From NCBI GenBank assembly GCA_965248265.1, contig CBDFJF010000002.1, forward strand, positions 64,001-128,000: 64,000 bases of DNA, read 5' to 3'. The notes under the pieces are model-generated. The model was given only the letters and a program-made list of their open reading frames with translations, was not told where the DNA came from and did not search any database. This document shows, piece after piece, positions 47,927-58,530 of this stretch. Each line of letters starts with the position of its first letter. Within the stretch, counting starts at the first letter, position 1. Made by a program: the position numbers and the translations under genes. The DNA comes from Candidatus Latescibacterota bacterium. Lineage in GTDB: Bacteria > Latescibacterota > UBA2968 > UBA8231.

Positions 47927-49300
47927 ATGGCAGATGTGATGGACGACATAGTCTCCCTATGCAAGCGTCGGGGATTCGTATTTCAGAGTTCAGAGATATA
48001 CGGTGGGTTGAATGGCTGTTGGGATTATGGTCCACTCGGAGTACAGGTGTTGCGCAACGTCAAGGATGCCTGGTGGCGGGCGATGACGTTCCGGGAAGAT
48101 ATCGAGGGGCTGGATGCGAGTATTCTCATGCATCCCCGGGTGTGGGAGGCCTCGGGTCACGTCGAAGGTTTTTCGGATCCCTTGGTCGAAGACAAGGTCA
48201 CCCACGAACGATTCCGTCTGGATCACATTCTGGAGGACAACGGACTCGATCCCACCGGACTGGACATGAGTCAGATGACGGCGCTTTTGGCCGAGCACGG
48301 GATAAAGAGCACCAAGGGCAACGAACTGACCGAACCTCGGCAGTTCAACCTGATGTTCAAGACTCATGTCGGCCCCGTGGAGGACGCGGCCTCGGTGGCG
48401 TACCTGCGGCCGGAGACGGCTCAGGGCATCTTCGTCAATTTTCTGAATGTCCAGGCGGCGATGCGCAAGAAGCTACCGTTCGGCATCGCCCAGATCGGCA
48501 AGTCCTTTCGCAACGAGATAACGACGAAGAACTTCCTGTTTCGCACGCGTGAGTTCGAGCAGATGGAGATGCAGTACTTCGTGATGCCGGGTGAGGATGC
48601 CACCTGGTTCGACTACTGGCGCGAACAACGCTGGGCATGGTTTGGCAAGCTGGGAATTCCTGAGAGCCGCTTGCGTTGGCATGAGCACGTCGGTGCCGAA
48701 TTGGCGCACTACGCCAGCGCCGCCTTCGACATTGAGTTCGAGTTTCCGTTTGGCTGGGGCGAGATCGAGGGCGTTCACAACCGTGGAGACTTCGATCTAT
48801 CCCGTCACCAGGAGTATTCAGGCAAGTCGTTGCAATACTTTGACGAAGCGACGCGGGAGAAGGTCGTGCCCCGGGTTGTCGAGACGGCTATCGGGGCCTC
48901 ACGGGCGGCGATGATGTGTCTGGTGGGTGCCTACCACGAGGAGGAAGTCAAGGGAGACCGCCGGGTGGTCATGAGGTTTCATCCTGAGATTGCCCCGATC
49001 AAGGCGGCGGTATTGCCACTGGTCAAACGCGACGGAATGCCCGATATCGCCCGCAAAATCACCGAGGATCTGCGGCCCCACATGCCGGTATTCTATGATG
49101 AAGGCGGTGCCATCGGCAGGCGCTACCGGCGCATGGATGAGGTCGGAACGCCGTTCTGTCTGACGGTAGATTCACAGACCCTGGAAGATGGCACAGTGAC
49201 GCTCAGAGACCGGGATTCGATGGAACAGGAGCGTGTGGCGATGGATACCTTGAGACAGGAAATCGAGAGTCGTCTAGGGGCGTGGCAGGTGCCCGCTTAG
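47927..49300 (+). CDS. glyQS: Glycine--tRNA ligase, homodimeric type
   Basis: KRRGF..SSEIYGG, YLRPETAQG, FRTREFEQME and IGRRYRR.DE.GTP. Confidence 0.97.
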   Translation: MADVMDDIVSLCKRRGFVFQSSEIYGGLNGCWDYGPLGVQVLRNVKDAWWRAMTFREDIEGLDASILMHPRVWEASGHVEGFSDPLVEDKVTHERFRLDHILEDNGLDPTGLDMSQMTALLAEHGIKSTKGNELTEPRQFNLMFKTHVGPVEDAASVAYLRPETAQGIFVNFLNVQAAMRKKLPFGIAQIGKSFRNEITTKNFLFRTREFEQMEMQYFVMPGEDATWFDYWREQRWAWFGKLGIPESRLRWHEHVGAELAHYASAAFDIEFEFPFGWGEIEGVHNRGDFDLSRHQEYSGKSLQYFDEATREKVVPRVVETAIGASRAAMMCLVGAYHEEEVKGDRRVVMRFHPEIAPIKAAVLPLVKRDGMPDIARKITEDLRPHMPVFYDEGGAIGRRYRRMDEVGTPFCLTVDSQTLEDGTVTLRDRDSMEQERVAMDTLRQEIESRLGAWQVPA

Positions 49301-49315
49301 GGAGGCTGCCTCGTC

Positions 49316-49344
49316 TTGACCCTCTCTGGGGGAAGGGGTATATT
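49316..49344 (+). promoter_or_regulatory. Sigma70-type promoter for tRNA-Leu and tig-clpPX
   Basis: TTGACC (49316-49321), 17-nt spacer, TATATT (49339-49344). Confidence 0.65.
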
Positions 49345-49557
49345 GATCGTTGCTCGTGGCGAAAGGTGGCATCCATTTTCACCACCGGTGATCGGGCGAT
49401 AGGCGATCGGTGATCGCTGCGGCGAAAGGCGATCGTTCCGATCGCTGGAACTTTACCAATGCCAACGAATGCCAGCGCAGGGCGCTGCCATTAAGGCATT
49501 GGTAATTTCGTTTCCGCCGTGCCCGCGCTAGTGACCGTGACGAGCCCGTTACCGCAG

Positions 49558-49644
49558 GCGAAAGTGGCGGAACTGGCAGACGCGCCAGATTTAGGATCTG
49601 GTGCCCGAAAGGGCTTGGGGGTTCGAGTCCCCCCTTTCGCACCA
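49558..49644 (+). tRNA. tRNA-Leu (anticodon TAG)
   Basis: Acceptor GCGAAAG/CTTTCGC-A-CCA, D-loop GGAACTGGCAGAC, anticodon arm CCAGA-TTTAGGA-TCTGG, long variable arm and GTTCGAG T-loop. Confidence 0.97.
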
Positions 49645-49729
49645 TGACTCAACTCCCTCCATCGATGGACGGTCGATCATCGCATCCCAACACAAGAAAA
49701 GGGACGGCCACGCATCCGGAGTCTGGAAA

Positions 49730-51016
49730 TTGAAGACACAAGTAGTCGAGAAGGGTGAGTGGGAAAGAGACCTGGAGGTCGAGGTGCCGGCTGAGCGCAT
49801 CGATGCCGAGGTCGACAGCGCCCTCAAGAACTACCGGAAGCGCCTGGAGATTCCCGGCTTCCGCAAGGGCAAGGTGCCTTTGAAAGTCATCGAGCAACGG
49901 TTTGGCGAGAGTATCCGCAGCAACGTCATTTCCGATTTGCTGCCGACGTTGATGCGGGAAGCGGCGAACGAGGCCGGCTTGGTGCCGGCGGCCACTCCGA
50001 AGATCACCAAGCTCGAGCACGAACCGGGGCAAGCCCTCAACTTCACAGCCAACCTGGATATCTGGCCTCAGGTGGAGGTCACGAACGAGGACGAACTCAA
50101 GGTCACACGAGTGACACACGAGGTCGGTGAGGACGAGATCTCCTCCCAATTGGAGGAGCTGCGCAACCGTCATGCCACCGAACGCTCCGTTGAGCGCCCG
50201 CTGGAAAAGGGGGATATCCTCATCGCCGATCTTCAACGACTGGATGAGGGTGGGTTGGCAATCGTCGGTGAGCGATTTGAAGAGCGTCACTTCATCATCG
50301 GAGCCGAAGATTCACCCAGCCCCGATTTCGAGGAGGCTCTGGTGGGAATCGAGGCGGGTGAGCAGAGAAAGGTCACCTTCTCCTACCGTGATGATCTGTC
50401 CAATCCGGAGCTGGCCGGCAAGACCGAGCACTTCGAGGTCACCGCACGCGAGGTCCACGAGCGCACCTTGCCTGAGATCGACGACGAGTTCGCCAAAGAT
50501 CTGGGCGATCAGTTTGAGAGTCTTGAAGACCTTCGGACCCGAATCACCGAGCAGCTGGCTCAGCGCTGGGACTACATGTCGCGGCAGCGGGTACGCTCGG
50601 AACTGGTAGATGCCCTGATCAAGGCCAATGAATTCGATCTACCCAAGAGCCTGGTCGAGGAGTACCTGGAAGGCATGCGGAAAGAGCAACAGGAGCACGC
50701 CCACGAGCACCACGATCACGACCATGATCACGACCATGATCATGCGGAGGATGAACCGACAGAGGAGCAGCGCACCGCCGCCGTGCGCAGCCTCAAGACC
50801 TACCTGTTGTTGGAGACCGTGCGCAAGAAGGCAGAGATCGAAGTGAGCAGTGATGAGCTCGAGGCGCATCTCCAACAGCGTTCAGAGCAGCTGGGCATCA
50901 AATTGGAAGAATTGAAGCGTTCACCGAGGGCAGATGAGTTCCGCAAGGAGCTGGAAGAGGACAAAGTCTTCGAGTACCTTGCGGAAAAGGCCGATATTCA
51001 AGAAGAGTCTGTGTAG
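49730..51016 (+). CDS. tig: Trigger factor
   Basis: Ribosome-binding signature [14 protein letters not shown]-like middle domain, LPEIDDEFA; TTG start at 49730; synteny with clpPX. Confidence 0.95.
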   Translation: MKTQVVEKGEWERDLEVEVPAERIDAEVDSALKNYRKRLEIPGFRKGKVPLKVIEQRFGESIRSNVISDLLPTLMREAANEAGLVPAATPKITKLEHEPGQALNFTANLDIWPQVEVTNEDELKVTRVTHEVGEDEISSQLEELRNRHATERSVERPLEKGDILIADLQRLDEGGLAIVGERFEERHFIIGAEDSPSPDFEEALVGIEAGEQRKVTFSYRDDLSNPELAGKTEHFEVTAREVHERTLPEIDDEFAKDLGDQFESLEDLRTRITEQLAQRWDYMSRQRVRSELVDALIKANEFDLPKSLVEEYLEGMRKEQQEHAHEHHDHDHDHDHDHAEDEPTEEQRTAAVRSLKTYLLLETVRKKAEIEVSSDELEAHLQQRSEQLGIKLEELKRSPRADEFRKELEEDKVFEYLAEKADIQEESV

Positions 51017-51029
51017 GGAGGGAAAATTC

Positions 51030-51647
51030 ATGTCGTTGATACCGATGGTTATTGAGCAGACCGGCCGTGGTGAGCGTTCGTATGACATCTACTCACGGCT
51101 GCTCAAGGAGCGCATCGTTTTTATCGGAACCCCCATCAGTGACGGCATCGCCAACCTGGTCATCGCCCAGATGCTTTTTCTGGCCTCGGAGGATCCCAAG
51201 AGGGACATATCCCTCTACGTCAACACTCCGGGCGGCTCCGCCACCGCCGGAATGGCCATATACGACACCATGCAATACATCCAGGCTGATGTTGCCACCA
51301 TCTGCATAGGGCAGGCTTCCAGCATGGGCGCGGTCCTGCTGGCTGGTGGCGCCAAGGGCAAGAGGCAGAGTTTGCCGAACGCCCGGGTACTCATACACCA
51401 GCCGATGGGAGGGATGGGTGGACAGGTCTCGGATATGGAGATCCATGCCCGGGAGATCATCAAGATCAGACAGCAGATCAACGACGTTCTGGTCGAGTGC
51501 ACGGGCCAACCGCTGGAGCGAATCGAGCGGGACACCGAGCGCGACTTCTTCATGAGTCCGGAGGACGCCCAGGCATACGGCCTCATCGACGCGATCATCG
51601 AGCCCAACGAGGTCGACATGGCACAGACGGCAGAAGCTGCCGGCTGA
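51030..51647 (+). CDS. clpP: ATP-dependent Clp protease proteolytic subunit
   Basis: [31 protein letters not shown] and IHQP. Confidence 0.98.
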   Translation: MSLIPMVIEQTGRGERSYDIYSRLLKERIVFIGTPISDGIANLVIAQMLFLASEDPKRDISLYVNTPGGSATAGMAIYDTMQYIQADVATICIGQASSMGAVLLAGGAKGKRQSLPNARVLIHQPMGGMGGQVSDMEIHAREIIKIRQQINDVLVECTGQPLERIERDTERDFFMSPEDAQAYGLIDAIIEPNEVDMAQTAEAAG

Positions 51648-51696
51648 GCTGCTCCGGCGGTGCGACAGCGACCGCGCAAACCCGGCGTACACCATT

Positions 51697-52947
51697 GTGA
51701 AAAGACGACCTTCCAAGAGCGACCCGAGATGCTCCTTCTGCGGACGCAGTGCCTCGCAGGTGGACAAGATCATCACCGGTCCCTCCGTACACATCTGCAA
51801 CGAGTGCATCCGACTCTGCAACGAAGTTCTCGCCGAAGACAAGAAACAGGCCTTACCCTGGGAAACGGGTTCCGTCCCGAAGCCGCTCGATATCAAGACG
51901 GTGCTGGACGAGTACGTCATCGGCCAGGAACACGCCAAGAAAATTCTCTCGGTAGCGGTCTACAACCACTACAAGCGTATTCGCTCGAATGTGGCTCTCG
52001 ACGGTGTCGAACTGGAGAAGAGCAACATTCTGTTGGTGGGTCCGACCGGGACCGGCAAGACGTTGCTGGCGCAAACGCTCGCCAAGGTGCTTCAGGTTCC
52101 GTTTTCGATCGCCGATGCGACGATTCTCACGGAAGCCGGGTACGTCGGCGAGGATGTTGAGAACATATTGGTCGGCCTTCTACAGGCCGCCGACTACGAC
52201 GTGGCGCGCGCTGAAAAGGGGATCGTCTACCTGGATGAGATCGACAAGATTGCCCGCAAGAGCTCGACGCCGACGGTGAGCCGTGACGTTTCTGGTGAGG
52301 GAGTGCAGCAGGCGCTGTTGAAGATCCTCGAAGGAACCGTCGCCAATATCCCGCCCAAGGGAGGGCGTAAGCACCCCGAACAGCCGATGATACAGATCGA
52401 CACCGGGAACATCCTGTTTATCTGCGGAGGCGCTTTCGAGGGGTTGGATAAGATGATCAGCCAGCGAGTCGGTCGCCGTACCATGGGGTTCGGCGCCGTG
52501 ACGGAAGGCGAGGAAAAAGAGGACTTCGATTCCGTGGAAGTGCTTTCGGAAGTGCAGCCGGAGGATCTGCTGGCCTACGGGTTAATCCCTGAGTTTGTCG
52601 GTCGCGCGCCCGTGGTCACCACCCTGGATCCGCTGGCCGAGGAGGATCTGTACCGGATACTGACGGAACCGAAAAACGCCATCGTAAAACAGGTGAGTCG
52701 ACTGTTCGAGATGGACGAGGTGACACTGAAGTTTACTGATGATGCGCTGCGTACGGTCGTCGACCTCACGGTGAAGAAGGGTACGGGAGCCCGAGGGCTG
52801 CGGTCGGTGTTGGAACAGGCCATGATGGACGTTATGTACGATACACCCTCCCACGATCAGGTCACGGAAGTGCTGGTCACCGCGGAAATGATACTGCAGG
52901 GGGTCGAGAGCAAGGACGACGACGAATTCCTGCGAAAGCGCGCATGA
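51697..52947 (+). CDS. clpX: ATP-dependent Clp protease ATPase subunit
   Basis: CSFCG..ICNEC zinc finger, [23 protein letters not shown] and RKH. Confidence 0.98.
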   Translation: MKRRPSKSDPRCSFCGRSASQVDKIITGPSVHICNECIRLCNEVLAEDKKQALPWETGSVPKPLDIKTVLDEYVIGQEHAKKILSVAVYNHYKRIRSNVALDGVELEKSNILLVGPTGTGKTLLAQTLAKVLQVPFSIADATILTEAGYVGEDVENILVGLLQAADYDVARAEKGIVYLDEIDKIARKSSTPTVSRDVSGEGVQQALLKILEGTVANIPPKGGRKHPEQPMIQIDTGNILFICGGAFEGLDKMISQRVGRRTMGFGAVTEGEEKEDFDSVEVLSEVQPEDLLAYGLIPEFVGRAPVVTTLDPLAEEDLYRILTEPKNAIVKQVSRLFEMDEVTLKFTDDALRTVVDLTVKKGTGARGLRSVLEQAMMDVMYDTPSHDQVTEVLVTAEMILQGVESKDDDEFLRKRA

Positions 52948-52962
52948 CGGCGGGGACTCACC

Positions 52963-53547
52963 ATGCGCATCCACAGCGCCGAGTTTGTCGTCGGCTCCGT
53001 CAGTCAGTCTGATCGACCTGCGGACGGACTTCCCGAAATTGCCTTTTCAGGACGCTCCAACGTGGGCAAATCCTCGCTCATCAATCGGTTGGTCCAACGC
53101 AAGAGGCTGGCCCGAACGAGCTCGACGCCGGGCAAAACCCAGCAACTCAACTACTATCGGGTAAACGGAGAGCTGTACCTCGTCGATCTTCCCGGGTACG
53201 GGTACGTCAGCGGCGGCAAACAGTTGCGGGGCCAACTCGGCAGACGAACGGAAGCCTATCTGCAGAGCAGCGAGCAGTTACGCGCTGTGGTACAGCTGGT
53301 GGATGCGCGGCACGGACCGAGCGATACGGATATGCAGATGATCGATTGGTTGCGATCCAATCAAAGCTCATTCTTACTGGTCTTCACCAAGGCTGATAAA
53401 CTATCACGCGGCAAACTGGACAGAATGATCAAGCAGCTGTCGAGCCAGGATCGCCTGGCCGGATTATCGTACACCCCTTTCTCAGCTGTGACTGGCTCTG
53501 GGCGCGATGACGTCTGGGAGTGGGTCACTGCCGCGGCAACCAAGTGA
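52963..53547 (+). CDS. engB: Ribosome biogenesis GTPase YihA/YsxC
   Basis: GRSNVGKSS, PGKT, DLPGYG and TKADK. Confidence 0.96.
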   Translation: MRIHSAEFVVGSVSQSDRPADGLPEIAFSGRSNVGKSSLINRLVQRKRLARTSSTPGKTQQLNYYRVNGELYLVDLPGYGYVSGGKQLRGQLGRRTEAYLQSSEQLRAVVQLVDARHGPSDTDMQMIDWLRSNQSSFLLVFTKADKLSRGKLDRMIKQLSSQDRLAGLSYTPFSAVTGSGRDDVWEWVTAAATK

Positions 53548-53554
53548 CGGGTAC

Positions 53555-55135
53555 ATGAAGGTATTGATCGCCGACAGGGTGGACCCGGGGTGCAAAGCCA
53601 TACTGGAGAGGACTGGTGTCGTCGCCGATGAGAATACCGGACTTGCGCCGGAGGAGCTAGTGCAGATCATTGACGAATACGATGGTCTCATCGTACGCAG
53701 CAGTACCCAGGTTACCGAGCAAGTGATCGGAGCGGCCCGACGCTTGCGGGTCATAGGCCGAGCGGGAACCGGTGTGGACAACATAGATGTCGGTGCGGCG
53801 ACCCGACGTGGCATCGTCGTCACCAACACACCCGGTGGCAATTCCGTGTCCGCGGCCGAGCTCGCCTTTGGCATGCTGATGTCGCTGGCTCGCAACATCC
53901 CGCAGGCCACTGCTTCGCTCAAGGAAGGGGAATGGAAGCGCAGCTCCTACACCGGTGTCGAGCTAGCAGGCAAGACGATCGGCGTGGTTGGGCTTGGAAA
54001 AATCGGACGCGAAGTCGTCCAGCGAAGTGTCGCATTCCGCATGAAGGTGTTGGGCTATGATCCATTCGTCACCGAGGAGGTTGCCAGCTCCTTCGGTGCC
54101 CAGCTGTCGAGCATGGATGACCTGCTCGCCAACTCGGACTTCATCACCGTGCACCTGCCTCTGACTTCACAGACCGAGCACTTCATTTCAGATGAGCAGC
54201 TGAGCCAGTGCAAGGATGGCGTGCTCCTGATCAATTGCGCGCGGGGTGGCATCATCGATGAAACGGCTGTGGTGCGTGCCCTCGAGTCAGGCAAGGTAGG
54301 TGGCGCTGCCTTCGATGTATTCGAGCAGGAGCCGCCGCAGGACTCAGACCTGGTGAATCATGAGCGCGTGATCTGCACGCCTCATCTGGGGGCTTCAACG
54401 CGAGAGGCGCAGGTCAACGTGGCGCTTCAGGTGGCTGAGCAAGTCGGCGAGATTCTGACGGACAGGGTCATCCGCAACGCCGTGAACGTGCCATCCGTGG
54501 AGCCCGAAGTGTACAACAAATTGCGGCCGTTCCTGGAGTTGGCCGAGCGGCTGGGACGCATCCATGCCCAATTGAGTGAAGGGCAACTCGAGCGCATAAC
54601 CATTGAGTACCTGGGTGACGTGACGAGTCAGCCGACTTCGCCGCTGACGGCAGCCGTGTTAAAGGGCATCATGGAGGCGATTTCCGACGAGCCGGTCAAT
54701 TTTGTCAACGCTCCGGTTTTCGCCCAGGAACGCGGCATAAGTGTCGACGAGCGTCGCAGCAGTGAGCACGAAGACTTCGCTTCGCTGGTGAGTGTTACCT
54801 ACCATACTGACGTGTCGACCAGAATTTTGTCCGGCACCATTTTCGGCAAGAGCGATCCTCGGCTGGTACGGCTGGACGAGTACGACTTCGATGCCGTGCC
54901 AGTGGGTCACATGCTGTTCTACGAGAATGCCGACATACCCGGCGTCATCGGACAGGTCGGGACCATCATGGGCTCCCATCAGGTCAATATCGCTCAGATG
55001 ACCTGCGGGCGTCACGAAGTCGGCGGCAGAGCCCTCACCATCTTGAACGTGGACAGCGCTATACCCGACCCGGTACTGGCGGATCTGAGATCCGAAGACT
55101 ATATCACCTGGGCCAAACCCGTGAGCCTGGAGTGA
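53555..55135 (+). CDS. serA: D-3-phosphoglycerate dehydrogenase (ASB and ACT domains)
   Basis: LIVRS.T, GRAGTGVDNID, GLGKIG, NCARGG, TPHLGAST and a C-terminal ACT domain (D.PGVIG). Confidence 0.96.
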   Translation: MKVLIADRVDPGCKAILERTGVVADENTGLAPEELVQIIDEYDGLIVRSSTQVTEQVIGAARRLRVIGRAGTGVDNIDVGAATRRGIVVTNTPGGNSVSAAELAFGMLMSLARNIPQATASLKEGEWKRSSYTGVELAGKTIGVVGLGKIGREVVQRSVAFRMKVLGYDPFVTEEVASSFGAQLSSMDDLLANSDFITVHLPLTSQTEHFISDEQLSQCKDGVLLINCARGGIIDETAVVRALESGKVGGAAFDVFEQEPPQDSDLVNHERVICTPHLGASTREAQVNVALQVAEQVGEILTDRVIRNAVNVPSVEPEVYNKLRPFLELAERLGRIHAQLSEGQLERITIEYLGDVTSQPTSPLTAAVLKGIMEAISDEPVNFVNAPVFAQERGISVDERRSSEHEDFASLVSVTYHTDVSTRILSGTIFGKSDPRLVRLDEYDFDAVPVGHMLFYENADIPGVIGQVGTIMGSHQVNIAQMTCGRHEVGGRALTILNVDSAIPDPVLADLRSEDYITWAKPVSLE

Positions 55136-55158
55136 CAGGACACTAGGAGAGCATCGTT

Positions 55159-56439
55159 TTGCCAACGAAGATTATCCTTGGAGCCCAGTGGGGTGATGAG
55201 GGCAAAGCCAAGATTGTCGACTACCTGACGCAGGAGGCCGATGTGGTCGTGCGTTTTCAGGGAGGCGCGAACGCCGGTCACACCGTCAAAGTGGAAGACG
55301 ACACCTTCGTCTTTCACGCCATACCCGCCGGGATTCTGCATCCGGACAAGACCTGCATCATCGGCAACGGGGTCGTTCTGGATCCGGCTGCCCTGCTGGC
55401 TGAAGTCGACGAACTGGCCGAGCGTGGCATGTCCGTCCAGGACAGGCTGTTCGTAGCCGGTAACGCGCATGTGGTCATGCCCTACCACACGGCGCTGGAC
55501 AAGGCCGGGGAAGAGAGCAAAGGCAGCCAGCGCCTGGGTACCACCGGTCGCGGCATCGGTCCCTGCTACCGCGATAAGGTGGATCGCATGTACGGTCTCC
55601 GGGTGATGGATATTCTGCAACCGGAGGTACTCCGAGCCAAGCTGCAGGGGGCCATCGAAGCCAAGAATCAGCTACTGACGCGCATCTACGAGCGCGAACC
55701 CCTGGACGCAACGCCGATCATCGATGATTACAGCGCCTACGCAGAACGTCTGCGGCCTTTCGTCACCGACACATCGGTGTTGCTGAACCGACTGCTGGAC
55801 GAGGGCAAGACCGTGTTGTTCGAGGGCGCACAGGGCACGCTGCTCGACATCGACCATGGCACCTACCCCTACGTGACCTCGTCGAACACGACAGCCGGGG
55901 CCGCCTGCACGGGGAGCGGTGTCGGCCCGACGCGCATCGATGCCGTCATCGGCGTGACCAAGACCTACACAACACGTGTCGGCAACGGTCCTTTCCCCAC
56001 CGAACTGCTGGGAGAGCAGGGTGATGTACTGCGTGCACTCGGCCATGAGTTCGGTGCCACGACCGGACGTCCTCGCCGTTGCGGCTGGTTCGATGCCACG
56101 ATTCTGCGCATGGCCGCCCGCGTCAACGGCTTGACCGGCCTGGCGTTGACCCGCTTGGACGTCCTCGACACCATGGAACAGTTGCGGTTGTGCACGGCTT
56201 ACAGCTGCGATGGCGAGATCCTGGAAGAGTTTCCGGCAGATCCACACGTGCTGGAACGGTGCTCGCCGGTGTACGAAGATCTGCAGGGCTGGTGTGAGGC
56301 GACGACCCAGGCACGCCGCTTCGAAGATTTGCCCGAACGGGCCCAGCAGTACGTCAATCGTATCTGCGAACTGACGCGGGTTCCGGCCGCCCTGATCTCG
56401 GTGGGAGCGGAGCGCGATCGCACGATCGTGTGCGACTAA
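55159..56439 (+). CDS. purA: Adenylosuccinate synthetase
   Basis: GAQWGDEGK, GGANAGHT, GTTGRGIGP, EGAQG and TTGRPRRCGWFD. Confidence 0.98.
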   Translation: MPTKIILGAQWGDEGKAKIVDYLTQEADVVVRFQGGANAGHTVKVEDDTFVFHAIPAGILHPDKTCIIGNGVVLDPAALLAEVDELAERGMSVQDRLFVAGNAHVVMPYHTALDKAGEESKGSQRLGTTGRGIGPCYRDKVDRMYGLRVMDILQPEVLRAKLQGAIEAKNQLLTRIYEREPLDATPIIDDYSAYAERLRPFVTDTSVLLNRLLDEGKTVLFEGAQGTLLDIDHGTYPYVTSSNTTAGAACTGSGVGPTRIDAVIGVTKTYTTRVGNGPFPTELLGEQGDVLRALGHEFGATTGRPRRCGWFDATILRMAARVNGLTGLALTRLDVLDTMEQLRLCTAYSCDGEILEEFPADPHVLERCSPVYEDLQGWCEATTQARRFEDLPERAQQYVNRICELTRVPAALISVGAERDRTIVCD

Positions 56440-56449
56440 CTATAGGTCG

Positions 56450-57361
56450 ATGATGCTGCTGAGCTCAGATAAATCGAACGCGATGAAGGCTCGCCGTCTC
56501 CGGGAGCTCATCGACAAAGAGACAGTCGTCATGCCCGGCGCTTTCAATGCTCCTGTGGGCATGCTGGCGCAGCGGATCGGCTTTGAGGCCATCTACATAT
56601 CCGGTGCGAGCCTGATAAACGGCACAGCCGGCTATCCGGATATAGGACTTCTCGGTATGGACGAGATGGTGCGCGAGGCCTCCTACATCGCCAACGCGGT
56701 GGAGGTACCGGCGATCTGCGACGCCGACACCGGCTTTGGGGACATTCTGCAGGTGATGAGGACGATCCAGGCGTTCGAACGCGCCGGACTGGCCGGGGTT
56801 CATCTGGAGGACCAGCAGGCTCCCAAGCGCTGCGGTCATCTCGATGGCAAGAGTCTTATCGAGACCGCCGAGATGGAACGCAAACTCGCCGTCGCCGCGG
56901 AGGCGCGTCAGAATCCGGATTTCCTCATCATAGCTCGCACCGATGCCCGCAGCGTTGAGGGCTTCGAGCAGAGCGTCGAACGCGGGCTGCGGTACATAGA
57001 TGCAGGCGCGGATGCCATTTTCCCCGAGGCGCTGCAGTCAGAGGATGAATTCGGGCGCTACGCTGAGCAGGTCAAGGTGCCATTGATGGCCAACATGACC
57101 GAATTCGGCAAGACGCCCTACCTGTCGTCGAAACAATTTGCTGCGCTGGGCTATCGGATGGTTATCTTCCCGATGTCGGCTTTCCGCGTGATGATGCGAG
57201 CAGTCGAGGAGTTGCTACTGCAACTAAGAGAGGATGGCTCGGCAGAGTCGCTGCTTTCGCGCATGCAGACCCGGCAGGAGCTCTACGATTTATTGTGCTA
57301 CGCTGAGTACCAGAGCAAGGACGCAGAGCTGGCTGAACGATATCCGACGCGAGGTGGGTGA
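56450..57361 (+). CDS. prpB: 2-methylisocitrate lyase
   Basis: DADTGFG, EDQ..PKRCGH, ARTDA, FPEAL and ANMTEFGKTP; adjacent to a citrate-synthase-family gene. Confidence 0.92.
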   Translation: MMLLSSDKSNAMKARRLRELIDKETVVMPGAFNAPVGMLAQRIGFEAIYISGASLINGTAGYPDIGLLGMDEMVREASYIANAVEVPAICDADTGFGDILQVMRTIQAFERAGLAGVHLEDQQAPKRCGHLDGKSLIETAEMERKLAVAAEARQNPDFLIIARTDARSVEGFEQSVERGLRYIDAGADAIFPEALQSEDEFGRYAEQVKVPLMANMTEFGKTPYLSSKQFAALGYRMVIFPMSAFRVMMRAVEELLLQLREDGSAESLLSRMQTRQELYDLLCYAEYQSKDAELAERYPTRGG

Positions 57362-57392
57362 ATATCGACACGGAAACGGAGTGCTCGAAGGC

Positions 57393-58520
57393 ATGACTGA
57401 TCCGACGTACCGACCCGGTCTCGAAGGTGTGGTGGCCGGCGAATCCGCCATATCCCGCATCGACGTCGAGCGCAATCGCCTCATCATTCGAGGCTACGAC
57501 CTGGTCGACCTCACCAGCAACACTTCCTTCGAAGAGGTCGCCTACCTCCTACTCAATGGTGAGCTTCCCGACAGCGATCAACTTGGCGGATTCCTGGATA
57601 CCCTGCGGACAGAACGCTCGCTGCCAGAGCCTCTGATGGAGTACTTGCGACAGGCGCCGGACACGGTGCACCCGATGGGTTTGCTGCGTACTGCGGTTTC
57701 TGCGCTCTCCTTCTGGGATCCTGATGCGGGCGACAACTCGCCAGAGGCCAACGTCGCCAAGGCCACCCGCCTGCTGGCGAAGGCTCCAACGATCCTCACG
57801 GCAGGCTACCGGCTCTCGCAGGGTCTGGAGCCGGTGGGGCCGAATAATGATTTGAGTACAGCCGGCAATTTGCTTTACATGCTCCGCGGAGAGGAGCCGG
57901 CGCAACACGAGCAGGACGCCATCAACGTCTCGCTGATTCTGTATGCCGAGCACGGCTACAACGCCTCCGCCTTCGCCGCGCGGGTCGTGACCTCGACGTT
58001 GAGCGACCTGCATTCGGCGGTCACCGCCGGCATAGGCGCCCTGTCTGGGCCGCTTCACGGCGGTGCCAACGAAAAAGCCATGGAGATGTTGTTGGAGGTC
58101 GAGCAGCATGGGGATGCCGAAGGGTGGGTGATGGAGGCGCTGTCTCAGAAAAAGAAGATCATGGGCTTCGGTCACCGCGAGTACAAGGCGGGAGATTCTC
58201 GCGTGCCCTCGATGAAGGCGGTGGCAGAAGAGATTGCCAGGGCCGTCGACGATCATCACTGGGTCGATCTGGCCACCCGGGTGGAAGAGACGATGATCCG
58301 GGAAAAGGGGATTCATCCAAACGTCGATTTCCCGTGCTCCTACACCTATTACATGATGGGGATCCCGATCCCGCTGTACACGCCGATCTTCGTCTCCAGC
58401 CGTATTGCCGGCTGGTCAGCCCACGTGATCGAGCAACTCGCCGGCAATCGCCTCATTCGACCAGCGCACATCTACACCGGGGAGGAGGCAAGGCCGGTGC
58501 CGGCGATCGACGAGCGTTGA
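57393..58520 (+). CDS. prpC: 2-methylcitrate/citrate synthase
   Basis: GLEGV.AGES.I, YAEH..NAS, GPLHGGANE, MGFGHR and PNVDF. Confidence 0.85.
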   Translation: MTDPTYRPGLEGVVAGESAISRIDVERNRLIIRGYDLVDLTSNTSFEEVAYLLLNGELPDSDQLGGFLDTLRTERSLPEPLMEYLRQAPDTVHPMGLLRTAVSALSFWDPDAGDNSPEANVAKATRLLAKAPTILTAGYRLSQGLEPVGPNNDLSTAGNLLYMLRGEEPAQHEQDAINVSLILYAEHGYNASAFAARVVTSTLSDLHSAVTAGIGALSGPLHGGANEKAMEMLLEVEQHGDAEGWVMEALSQKKKIMGFGHREYKAGDSRVPSMKAVAEEIARAVDDHHWVDLATRVEETMIREKGIHPNVDFPCSYTYYMMGIPIPLYTPIFVSSRIAGWSAHVIEQLAGNRLIRPAHIYTGEEARPVPAIDER

Positions 58521-58530
58521 GGCTGCGTGC

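Noticed and set aside
49558-49730. tRNA-Leu as an integration site for an island
   Set aside because: No integrase and no duplicated tRNA 3' end seen; tRNA-Leu-tig-clpPX is ordinary synteny.
49379-49827. ORFs overlapping the tRNA (ERGDSNP-type) and the long tig start at 49601
   Set aside because: Typical translation artefacts of tRNA sequence.
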